Assembly: GCA_023231475.1 (NCBI GenBank)
Contig: JALJEE010000702.1
Location: 1-36,178, forward strand
Reading direction: 5' to 3'
DNA length: 36,178 nucleotides
Origin: Seison nebaliae
Taxonomy: Eukaryota
Every line of letters starts with the position of its first letter. Positions within the stretch are counted from its first letter, which is position 1. The position numbers were made by a program, and so were the translations under genes. Under the pieces are notes generated by a model, which saw only the letters and a program-made list of their open reading frames with translations, did no database searches and was not told where the DNA came from. Of this stretch, positions 1-10,626 are shown in pieces.

Positions 1-30
1 TCATTTTCTGCTTAAACTAAAATTCCAGAG

Positions 31-240
31 AGGTTAACTTCTTTCTTTTTCCATTGAATACTGGGTTAACTTCTTCCTTTTTCCATGGAAAATGGGTTAA
101 CTTCTTTCTTTTTTGGGAAAAGAGGGTTAACATCTTTCTTCCTTGGGAAAAGAGGGTTAACATCTTTCTTTTTGGCAAGGTTAACATCTTTCTTTTTCGA
201 TGAGTATGGGTTAACTACTGCTTAAAGGTTAACTCCTTTC
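31..240. repeat. Degenerate minisatellite, 8 units with core GGTTAAC(T/A)TCTTTCTTTTT
   Basis: GTTAAC occurs at 33, 65, 96, 126, 156, 180, 210 and 228 (spacing 32, 31, 30, 30, 24, 30, 18). The units at 121-150 and 151-170 are near-identical. Confidence 0.9.
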
Positions 241-250
241 ACCAATTCTT

Positions 251-305
251 CATTAGAATATAGAAATAATGATATGAAAAATTGTGAATATTAATTGATA
301 TTTCT
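251..305 (+). repeat. Dispersed direct repeat, copy 1 (copy 2 at 1987-2037)
   Basis: cattagaata...aaataatgatatgaaaaattgtgaatatt..ttgatatttct; 29-bp identical core at 264-292 and 1996-2024. Confidence 0.8.
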
Positions 306-639
306 ATGAACTTTCCTTCTTTCAATTATGTCATTAAATATATTACATTCACTATGAATATGACAATTGACAGAATATCAGATATAACTATTTGAGAAAA
401 TATTTTATTAACTTACAAGTTAAGAATTAATTAAAATTATAGTAGAAAAAGAAAAATATTTGGATGTTATTAATGAAATAATAATTCACTCGAGTTCTAT
501 TGGTTGTAAAAGAAATAGAATTCCTGGGATATCTGATAGATAAGAGAAAGAGGTCATCGTCTTTGACAGATAAGATCCGTTGTAAATTTCAACGGACAGA
601 TAGAGTACGGAATTAACATTCTCCCATTAACTTTCCAAC

Positions 640-719
640 TTAATTCATATGTCACTCATATGCTAATATTTCTTATCGACTAACGTGAGTCAACGCAATA
701 TGAGTGACATATGAACTAA
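640..719. repeat. Inverted repeat / hairpin (18-bp perfect arms, 36-nt loop)
   Basis: ttcatatgtcactcatat (644-661) is the exact reverse complement of atatgagtgacatatgaa (698-715); extends imperfectly to about 24 bp. Confidence 0.8.
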
Positions 720-1804
720 CACACTTACTAGAGTATGATCGCTTAAACGAATACAATAATGATACGTTTATTCAGCATATTTTTAGACATGGAAAGAAGT
801 TAGAATAAAAAGAGACACCAACAACAATTATCAAATACGAATGATTGCTATCAAAATTTGGAGACGAGTATAACCGTTTACCAATAAAATTCTTAAAAGC
901 CATCATTGCAAATTGTTCGTCCGTAAACTACGCAATTTATGCATATCATTTAGACATGGTTTTGGTAGAAATGATATTCCATATCCGATGTCCTTACGAA
1001 AACGAAATCATGAATGGAATACTTATGGCATTGCAGAGAAAATGAAGAATTACAATTCCACGAATATATCAAAAATTATCAATTATCCGTAATTAACAAA
1101 CCGATATGGCGAGAAGCATTAGTTAATGCTGGGATATTTTCTTATTATCAACCAAAAAGGATACGAAGAATTGCCAATCATTCAGAATTTATTTCTTATC
1201 CCGGTACACGAAATTCGACATCAAACATCGAACACTTCAGTTCAAGCCGTTCAAACATGAACGGATTTAGTTGGTAATTAATAAGCGATAAAAATAATTC
1301 TGGTCGATAATTTAAAGATGTTCCTAACAATTGTTAAGTAGGTTAACATACTCGGATCGGTATATCGGACTTATATTAATATAGACATAAATTTATGTCT
1401 TCAAAAAAAGTTTATGCCATTAATACCACTTCAATATGTATAACTCCACTAATAATCAGATATATATGTACCTAAGAAATAGAATTTATGTTTTATATTT
1501 TTTCTTAAGTTCACTGTTTAACGAATCAAGAACTGGTGGTCATTTTTATTGTGCGGGCAAAACTTTTCCATTTCTCCAACAAATAAGGTCATTAGAATAT
1601 TCTAAATGAACTAACGAAATGAAATACGGAATGTTTCTTGAATAATTGTTAAAAATTGAAAAATGGATTAATCCTCGTTATGATAATCATCATACGGCAC
1701 TTTCTGATAATATAATTTCTGATATTATAATTCATTATGTTCAATATTATAATTTAACTCACATTTCTTACATATGACAGTCGCATTATTGACATTACTT
1801 GTAC

Positions 1805-1877
1805 GCCGTGATAGCTCAGTTGGGAGAGCGTTAGACTGAAGATCTAAAGGTCCCTGGTTCGATCCCGGGTCACGGCG
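1805..1877 (+). tRNA. tRNA-Phe (anticodon GAA), intronless
   Basis: Acceptor stem GCCGTGA/TCACGGC, D-arm GCTCAGTTGGGAGAGC, anticodon arm TTAGA-CTGAAGA-TCTAA, T-arm CCTGG-TTCGATC-CCGGG; T-run at 1890-1897 fits a Pol III terminator. Confidence 0.97.
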
Positions 1878-1986
1878 ATATCAAAATTATTTTTTTTCCC
1901 ATACTTAATATTTTATTACGAATATTTACCATAGATTCTGAAATATGATTCATTTGGTGAGAAAATTTCGGAAATTACTAAACGTA

Positions 1987-2037
1987 CATTAGAATAAATA
2001 ATGATATGAAAAATTGTGAATATTGCTTGATATTTCT
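1987..2037 (+). repeat. Dispersed direct repeat, copy 2 (copy 1 at 251-305)
   Basis: Same ~50-bp sequence as 251-305 with a 4-nt indel and 2 substitutions. Confidence 0.8.
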
Positions 2038-2900
2038 CGATAATTTAGTTCTACCTTTATATTCACTTGAGACCATCTTTCTCTGTTCACACCGTTCGTT
2101 TCTGTCAATGGATCGGGCTTACAATCGGCTGATTAGGAGGATGGTTTGCGGCTTTCACAGATGTAATCGTTCTCTGCTTTTCGCCACTGTTGGTTTACTT
2201 CCTTTCCCAATTGTATTATGTCGTAAAACTTTCTCTCTAATCGACAAAACTCCCGACACAATTTTTCGACTACATATCATATATTTCTAATACCGTACGA
2301 ATTTCTTTCATTCTTTTTCACGATATTCTTCTCCAAAACTTTAAACATTTTATTACAACTCGACAACATCCGTGCCAAGTGATCGATATTTTGAGGAGAT
2401 GCGTCACTTGATTGATGTCGGTGATGACCGAAACTTCTTTATTTCCTTTTCCAATTTATCCCGACGATAATCTTAACCGATAAATAAATTAAAGCTTTGC
2501 ACAGATAGTGCCAGCAATATAGTAAGCGTTTTTTCGTGTAATTTGAGATGTATATTGTACACAATAAATTGGGTTTCTCCAGTTATATTGGCCAGAAGTA
2601 CCCTTATTCAATAAACAATTAATACTTCTTATTATAGTTATTTTAATTAGAACGGGCCTGTTCAATCAAACATTTTACAAAATAGGTAAACACCGTTTGT
2701 TAAACATTAGCCTTCCAAAAATAATTTACTGCAATTCAATGCATCATTAACGATTCCCTTACTCTTTAATTAGAGCACATGATTTAACAACATGCGAATA
2801 AAAGATATATAATTAATGTCCTATCGTTCAACTCATTTTCAACAACTCACACATAGTTGGAAAAGTTTTTTTGGTAATTCTTACATTCAGTTTGTACTCT

Positions 2901-2950
2901 TACATACATACATACATTACATTACATACATTACATGCATAATATACATT
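2901..2950. repeat. Short TACA/TACAT microsatellite
   Basis: tacatacatacatacattacattacatacattacat. Confidence 0.7.
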
Positions 2951-3359
2951 GTATATTTGGGCAATATGGTATTGTATATTATACAATCATAAATACAACA
3001 GGTATGGGCAAGAAGCATAACTTCGAAGTTCGAACATGTCTTTTCGTTTTTATTTTTGTTCAACAATAATCAGTTCAATAATTATAATTATTGAAATTTT
3101 AAAAAATACCAGTTTAGAGTACACTAGGGTACTAAACCTAGAGTACAGGTTTACGTAAGCTATGACGATATCAAATGTTTTTGCACATTAGCGAAATATA
3201 GTAGTCGAATATACAGCTTATTCTGAAGAACTTTACAATCCCTGAACAATCAAACCTACAACTTTGTTAGTCAGTGACTTTAAAAGGTAAGATGAATCGC
3301 AAACTGAAAGAAATTGGTCGATAAACATAATAGGGTGAACAATCAAAATGTTTTTGAAT

Positions 3360-5228
3360 TTATTTCGATATAGGTGATAAGTAATTTTTTTTTCTATGTG
3401 CTCTTTTAATGAAATCGGATTGATATATTGGTTTCATCATATCTTTGATCTCTTCTACATCGTTCGGGTAAGAGTTTTCTTCATACCAAAATGATGTTGT
3501 GATATGAGTGTTAAACGAATATAGATCATATTGTCTTCCAAGGAATATTTTTAAGCTTTTTATTGGAACAACATCGTCGTTACTTACAACAAACCAGCCT
3601 TTAGTCAAAAATGATTTAATAACACCAATAGAATGTGCATTTTTTGTGAAATTTTCATATTCAATAAATTGAGGTTTCTTTATATCCACTCCTATGGAAC
3701 GTTGTTGATAATAATAATAATTATCTGCCAATGACAATGATTCCATGAAGATCAGCGGTTTAATAATAATTTTAATTTCATTTTCTATTAAATTTTTTAG
3801 TTCATCTGATAAAATGCTTGGTTCAAACTGTTTTGCTCCCTCCGTTATTTCATCAATACGGCGTTGACGCCAAACCTCAAGTTTAGCTGGCGGTTGAATC
3901 TTTCCAAACAAAGGTTTTATAAGCTTCCTTATATTGAAATCCATTGACAATTCAAATGCGTAAGGCATATAATGAACTTTTTGATCAATTTTACCACGAA
4001 ATAATTCTTGGTTACGAGGCTCTTCTCCATCCCAAAAATTTTCCGGTATGTTGCGTTGATAAGCCGAAACACTAATAACTTTCTGCCATTTATCCCTAAA
4101 TATGGTTCGAAGTCTCTGTCCAGTTAACTTAACGGTACCCTTAACAGCTTCGTCATAGAACTGTTCAAATATCGTGTTTAAAGAATGACGTACATCTAGT
4201 GATAATTCTGATGCATAATATTCGTTATGATGATAGAAATCTGAAGCTTCGGAGATACCGACAATTTTTGGTACATTATAATGCTCCATCATTTCTACTG
4301 CATATTGCTGTAGTCTATCCTCAATTTCAGGGAACCTTTCATTAAACGGCCGAGTTTTCAGAGATTCCATGTATTCTAATATTGTTTTATCTAAAACATG
4401 AAATTTTCGATCAACTTCATCAGTATCAATATCAATGTACATAAAATTAATTGGAACATAATATGCAATTAAATTAGACAAAATAGAAGTACTGACACGG
4501 TAATTCGGTCCATATAATATTTTAACTTCTTTCCCGCTTTGGATAAGTATAACGGAGATTTCATCCTCTCGAACATCATCCGGACCAAGAAAAAGATATT
4601 TAAAGATAAAACTTAAAGAGTTGTGTAGCAATCCCTGCATAAAAAAAGCAAAGTTATCTCGAAAATATGATCGAGTTTCATTTTGCTTAATAAACTTTGT
4701 TGAATTGGGATCTAATTTGTCAATTACAAAATTGGTGTTGTTTACATCCGAAGTTCTTCCTGGTTTTAAAGACAATTTTTCTTTAATTCTTGTTCTGTCA
4801 CATAGGAAGTGAGACCCAAAAGTCAATAATCTGTAGAAATTATGCGCACATAAACTAATATCCTGTGTCTTCATTTCTTCTGATATGCATCCATAAGAGA
4901 ATTCTGATCTCTCATCTAAGATCTTACCGTCTATTTTATGAAATCCGGACAATAGAGTTAATTCGTGTTTTAAATATGTAGAAATTGTGTTATCTGGGAA
5001 CGTACATAAATCGTGATTTTCTGTTGAATTTATCCGATTCAACATATTACAAACTTCTTTTGAACATTCAGCATTATCCAATATGGTCTTCATCAAGGAG
5101 GGAGTAAACATTATAACTTGCAGGAGAGTAATAGAATAACAATTTCCAAACGTATTTTTAATACTTGCTGGCACTTCCAATGGATTTCTGATTACATCTG
5201 GTTCCGCCTCCTTATTATTATCATTCAT
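3360..5228 (-). CDS. Divergent ubiquitin-specific protease-like protein (peptidase C19 fold), ~622 aa, single coding exon
   Basis: Open frame from ATG 5228 (MNDNNKE). Cys box IKNTFGNCYSITLLQVIMFTPSL resembles NxGNTCYxNSxLQxLxxxPxL; TQD resembles the QQD box; His box NAHSIGVIK...WFVVSNDDV resembles GHYxAY...WxxFNDxxV. Probable 5'UTR intron at 5245-5291 (GTTTCT...TAG). Confidence 0.7.
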   Translation of the reverse strand: MNDNNKEAEPDVIRNPLEVPASIKNTFGNCYSITLLQVIMFTPSLMKTILDNAECSKEVCNMLNRINSTENHDLCTFPDNTISTYLKHELTLLSGFHKIDGKILDERSEFSYGCISEEMKTQDISLCAHNFYRLLTFGSHFLCDRTRIKEKLSLKPGRTSDVNNTNFVIDKLDPNSTKFIKQNETRSYFRDNFAFFMQGLLHNSLSFIFKYLFLGPDDVREDEISVILIQSGKEVKILYGPNYRVSTSILSNLIAYYVPINFMYIDIDTDEVDRKFHVLDKTILEYMESLKTRPFNERFPEIEDRLQQYAVEMMEHYNVPKIVGISEASDFYHHNEYYASELSLDVRHSLNTIFEQFYDEAVKGTVKLTGQRLRTIFRDKWQKVISVSAYQRNIPENFWDGEEPRNQELFRGKIDQKVHYMPYAFELSMDFNIRKLIKPLFGKIQPPAKLEVWRQRRIDEITEGAKQFEPSILSDELKNLIENEIKIIIKPLIFMESLSLADNYYYYQQRSIGVDIKKPQFIEYENFTKNAHSIGVIKSFLTKGWFVVSNDDVVPIKSLKIFLGRQYDLYSFNTHITTSFWYEENSYPNDVEEIKDMMKPIYQSDFIKRAHRKKNYLSPISK

Positions 5229-5326
5229 AACTTCTGAAATAGTCCTAAAACACAAACGAAATTGGACAAATCTAAAAAAAAGAATAGAAACTAAATCAAA
5301 TAAGCTATTTCGATTTTAGAGTCTGT

Positions 5327-5339
5327 TATATATATATAT
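5327..5339 (-). promoter_or_regulatory. TATA-like (TA)n tract in the divergent USP/IQCD promoter
   Basis: (TA)n run about 35 bp upstream of the inferred 5'UTR intron of the USP-like gene. Confidence 0.35.
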
Positions 5340-5515
5340 TCGCATGCACTTCGCTCCTGCGGTTATTCATTTTCTACTAATTAATCAACTAATAAATAAT
5401 ATTTTCATTTTGTTCACAATTTCAACTTTTTGGCAATTTCATTTTGAAATATAAATATTTTTGTTAATCATTAATTGTATTATATTTGAAATAGATGTAA
5501 AAACTTGTGGCTTTT

Positions 5516-5529
5516 GTTGTCATAGCAAC
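5516..5529. promoter_or_regulatory. RFX X-box
   Basis: GTTGTCATAGCAAC matches the X-box consensus GTHNYY-AT-RRNAAC and ends 33 bp before the ATG of the motile-cilium gene IQCD. Confidence 0.8.
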
Positions 5530-5561
5530 ATAAAGCTGTTGGAAAATATACAATAGAGAGT

Positions 5562-7227
5562 ATGACTAAAGTTAAATTAGAACCACTCGGTCCTATCGAG
5601 GGGAAGAAGAAAATCAGCTCAATTAAAGCTCTTAGGATTCTAAATTTAATAACAGATACAATAAAGAATGTCAGGATTCTGGGATCAATTCATAACATTG
5701 TGAAAATTTATCGAGCAAAAAATTTAGAGACGAATAGGTCGTTAGACATCTTTTATCATTTTCTATTTCATTAATTATATTCTGTTCCAATATTTATAAT
5801 TAGCTTCTTCGATACCAAGATTGCAATAGATGTTGAAAATGAATTCATAGGAGCATTGGAAAAGTATGTGGAAGCTTCATTACAGATAGATGAATTTATG
5901 AATAATCCACAAGTTAATTTTTATCTCAACATATTTCGAATAATCCCCTAATGAAGAAAGATGTTGAACGTTTCAAGCATGTAGTTTTTGTGGAACATCT
6001 TTATGCTTTCGACGAAGAGTTAACATTTCTATATTCTTTTCAATTTTTTATTCATAAACTTATTGAATTTTTTTGCATTTTAAAAACAAAAAGTTCTTCC
6101 ATGAGAAGCAAGGTGGAAAAAATACCACAAATGTTTCTCGATCTGAAAGAGACGACGGGAGAAATTTGGAGACTCTTAAACCGTTACCCACAAATATATA
6201 CGAGTATTGATCTGATGGTTTCTGAGGTTGGTTGGGATTGTGATGAAAAGAGTACCGAAATTATCGGTAAGTTTCCATTTAGTTGATTTAAAAAAAGAAT
6301 GTTCGATATTTGTAGAAAGTTTGGAAGTGCTAAAAAAATATATGGAAGAAAGATTTGCCACAACACCAGCTGAAGATCGTGATCAAACAGATTTATTAAA
6401 AGAACTACAGAATAAGGAATTGCAAAATGATAAAACCATTAAACAATTGGAAGCTAATTTAGCGAAAGCAATGAATTATAGAAAAGATGAAATATCGAAA
6501 AGGAATGCAGAAATAACGAGATTACAGAATAACTTGCAACAGATTGAAAGAAACAGTACAGAGATGGTAAGACGATTAAAACTCGAAGCAGAGAGTCAAG
6601 AAGCGACTGATAATAAGAATAGCGAAGCTAGACGGTTCTTATAATTTCCCATATATTCTGTTTAACAAAATTATTAGATTGAAGTTACAAGAAGAATTGT
6701 CAAAATTGAAAGGAACATTCAAACAAGTTCGAACTGAAAATAGAATTGAAGAAGAAAAATTAAGGAAGGAAAAATGGAAAGAAGAAAATTCATTAGAAGA
6801 TTGGTTGAGAAAATTCGATAAAGATATGAATGAGAAACAAGTTTTCACTTTTAATCATTTGAACTAGATTCATTTTGGTGATGTATATCAGGGAAATCTT
6901 GACGAATTGGAAGCAGCTTATGAAGAAGAAAAGAAACAATTAGTCTTATTAGAAGAACGATTCCAACCGTTGGAACAAGAATATGAAAAAGTTACTTAAA
7001 GATATTATCATCATTCTCTTAAATTTTATTATTCTTAGATATTAAAAGATATAGAACGACGAGAAAATAAACGTTTACTCGATCTAGCTAACTTGGAGGA
7101 ACGAATTGCTGCTGCCGTCAAGATCCAAAGATGGGTTCGTCGTTTGAAACGGATGGGACTGTTTGGGAAAAAGAAGAAGAAAAAGAAGAAGAAGGGGAAA
7201 AAGGGTAAGAAAGGAAAGAAAAAGTGA
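5562..7227 (+). CDS. IQCD: Dynein regulatory complex subunit DRC10 / IQ domain-containing protein D
   Basis: Coiled coil KLRKEKWKEENSLEDWLRKFDKDMNEKQ..LDELEAAYEEEK, IQ motif AAVKIQRWVRR, Lys/Gly-rich tail, TGA at 7225-7227. Introns: 5741-5803, 5913-5956, 6019-6093, 6231-6282, 6635-6677, 6841-6891, 6991-7038 (all GTT..AG). Confidence 0.88.
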
Positions 7228-8035
7228 AAATATTTCACTATATTCCAAAAATTAACTAACTTCTACAATGAAATAAATTTTTTTTTAATAATCTCGAAAA
7301 TTCAAGTACGGAAAAGTAATTCTGATATATAATTCTATAAAATTATAATTTTCACTATTCACTTAATGGTAATGATTCAAATGATTCTATTATCTTCTAC
7401 AAGTATGTAAAGTTCATGCCATATTTATACAGTAATTTCTCAAGAAATAAAATTCTTTCCGGTTGAGAAAAAATGTATTGAATTGGTGTTGATCAAAATT
7501 TTAATGAAAACGGAAAAATAATTATGCAAGCAATTCTTTTATTAGATAATATACAATTTAAAAAAGAATAAGATGAAATGTGAAAATAATTAAGAAACCA
7601 TTTCAATATTTACGATATTTGGAATATATGAAATACAAAATGAAGATGAGTAAATTAATTAGTGAGATGTTTTTTTCTCTTGGAGATTTTCTCAATCAAT
7701 TTCTGGTGTAAAGAGTAATGTTATGAGATTTGATAGAGGATGATTTTGAATAAATTAGAAAAGTGATTGGAGATGATCGAAAGGAAAAAACATTCGTCAA
7801 CTAATCGAGTTGAATAATATGAAATGTGATAAAGAAAAGTTTTATCGCGAAGAAAATATGAAAAAGATAAATGGAAAATAAGTGATTGAAAAAAGAAAGT
7901 AGTTGTGAAAGGAAAAGAAATAATTAGGAGAAAAAAATTGAGATTAGAGGATCCGTATCTCTTGTTGAAAGATGAGGATTGATATTGTCGATTCTCAAAC
8001 TTGATCGAGAAAGTGGAGAGTATCAGTGAAAATAT

Positions 8036-10626
8036 TTATCGTAAATTGACAGAATGAACACTCGCATCTCTATAAGACTCTTCGGTATTTACAGAATAAC
8101 CTTCAAAAAATGAATGAAGATAATCGAAAGTATGACGCTTCTCTGGATCTCGATCCCAACATTTCAACATAATTTCATGATAAATATGATCTGGACATAA
8201 TTGTGGTTTATCGTGTCTCATTCCCGTGCGGAGACTTTGTGTTACTTCCTGATTAGACATGCCACTATAAGGGACGCGACCTCGTGAAAATATTTCCACT
8301 AATAAAATTCCATAAGACCACACATCACTTTTTGTCGAGAATTTATGATTATATAATGCTTCGGGTGCCGTCCATTTTATTGGAACTTTCATATTTGTAT
8401 TATTTGGCATATATACGTCTTCTTCTTCTGTCATTAATCGGGCGAGTCCGAAATCAGCAATCTTCACATCACAATGTTCACAAACCAGAATGTTTCGGGC
8501 AGCCAAATCTCGATGAACAGATTTCTCTCTTTCTAAATATGCCATTCCACTTGCTATTTGAGCGCTCCATTCAATTAATTGAATTAAATTGGCTGTCATC
8601 GAATAATTAGTCTCATCTCGGAGAAATAAGAGTAAGCTTCCTTGACTACATAATTCAGTGACAATATACAACGGTTCTCCATCCGTGCAACAAGCATATA
8701 AACTGAAAAGACAAATTGAAAATAATTTCCAAAAAAAAAAGGAAACCTGACAAGACGTTCATGTCGTAAACGTTTCATAATATTACATTCCCGAAGGAAA
8801 TCTTCTCTTGTCATACCTCCCCCTGTTGCCGATGTACCTCTCAATGTCTTGATGGCAACGTCAACTGTATTATTCCATTTACCTTGCCATACATCACCAA
8901 AATTACCAGATCCTTAACGAATTTCAAATAAATTATCTTTTAATATTATTTTTTGAAACTAACCAAGTCGCTTAAGGAAATTTAGACTATCTCTAGGAAT
9001 CTCCCAAACATCTGGATCTAATTGATTAGTTATTGGACATGGTCTGGAAGCGGGTGTATTTAAAACGGCGCACAGACCATCCGCTTCCTGAGAATAATGT
9101 TCCACTAATTGTTCCAATTTGGCGAATCGTCTCCGATGTGTAATATAATACTCAGTTTCTGCAGCATTCATACGGATCTGAATGGAGATGAATTGAAATA
9201 TGAAAGAATAAATGAAAGATAAACTTTATAATGTTTGATATGTTCGCCACGATAATGATCACAATCTCGAATACTCAATGAGATTAATCCGTTACATGTT
9301 TCCGAATCACGTACGAGAAAAGCACCACGTTCAAAACCTGGTTTCATCAGAGATCGTTCAGCATCTCGTCGACTTACCGAACCGTGGAACCATTGATTAG
9401 CAAATAAAGAATCGACTGGTACAATAAATTGAGATGGTACAATTCCTTTATAGATTGAATGTTATAAAAAATATCAATTAGAAATTTTGAATTTTTCTAA
9501 TGAAATTTCTAACCGACTGTTCGAATTTGTTCATGGAATGCTAAAGCCCATTCTAATTGATTGTTACTATTTGATGAAGCGTCACGACGTTGTTGTTGTT
9601 CTTCATGTTGATTCTTTAATCTTTCTGCATATTCAACTGAAAGAAGAAAAAATATGAAGAGGTGATATAGATGAAAAATGAAGAACTTCCGATTAATAGT
9701 CGATCGCCAATTCGAAAAGATAATTGATTTGATGTTCTCTGTTCGAATGGCCATAATGCAACAAATATAAATAATTTAGTACTGTGTGATTTCAACAATT
9801 CGGCAGCATTCCCATCATCTACCGTATTCACTATCGTCTTCGTCCAATGTGGCGTTTTAGCTTTACCATTCTCCAATTTATTACTATTCTCATTTGTATC
9901 ATTTGAGACTTGGGTCTGAAGATGTCCATCATTTCCCACATAAACATTCGGTTTCAATGGGAAATTGTGACTGAAATCGATCAAATTATTCGAGCTCTTA
10001 TTTATTTCTTTTTGTGCATTGTTACTCGCATTACTCAAATTGTTCGATGGTGATATAATCGATATTTTACCATTAATATTCTGCGAGTTATTCGTTTGGG
10101 AATTGCCATTCATTTGATTCTGTATCGTCGTCGCATTCGAATGTTGATGAGATGAATTACCTTTATTCAAATTACCATTCCCACCATTTAAATTCGACGT
10201 CAACTTATTCAATGGCGTCGTTGTCACCATATCATTTTTATTACTGTTATTAGGATTTTGTTGTTGTTGTTGTTGTTGGACATTGGACCGAAATAAATGA
10301 TTTCCATTCTTATTTCCATCATCGATCGATGGTGAACGATTAACATGATCATCATTTAATGACTTTTGAGGGATAGATCGATTATTGTTCGGTTTCAAAA
10401 TGTTGGACCTCGTACGAATTTGTTCAGCGATAGCAATGGATTGTAATCTTCTTTTCGTCTCTTCAGCATCATGCACATGATTCAAACCATTCACATCACC
10501 GTTTTTATTAATGATTTGTGAAGAATTGGTATTGTTATGATTATTATTAGAAGTAACGCGATTACGAAGATCACGATCGCCACCACCTTTTCGACTTTTA
10601 TCCTTCTTCGACAAATTGGGACCCAT
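8036..10626 (-). CDS. Src-family non-receptor tyrosine kinase (Src64B/Src42A-type HRDLAARN) with long Asn-rich unique region
   Basis: N-terminal myristoylation-type [10 protein letters not shown]3; SH2 ([20 protein letters not shown]); kinase [34 protein letters not shown]-tail Tyr (EESYRDA). Introns: 9637-9686, 9446-9513, 9178-9224, 8913-8963, 8703-8746. Confidence 0.93.

Noticed and set aside
31..240. Repeat-spacer pattern superficially like a CRISPR array
   Set aside because: Eukaryotic context, linkers are only about 5-15 nt and similar to each other, repeats are degenerate, and there are no cas genes.
845..1277. Two overlapping short ORFs (66 and 87 aa)
   Set aside because: No recognisable motif and no convincing splice model joining them; left unannotated.
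2050..2470. Coding-like minus-strand sequence (..HLARMLSSCNKMFKVLEKNIVKK..) and plus ORF 2006-2290
   Set aside because: Interrupted by stops and frameshifts with no identifiable family; possibly a relic but not supportable.
3019..3131. Palindrome aacttcgaagtt and short tagagtac repeats
   Set aside because: Too short to exceed chance, and the spacing does not fit a heat-shock element.
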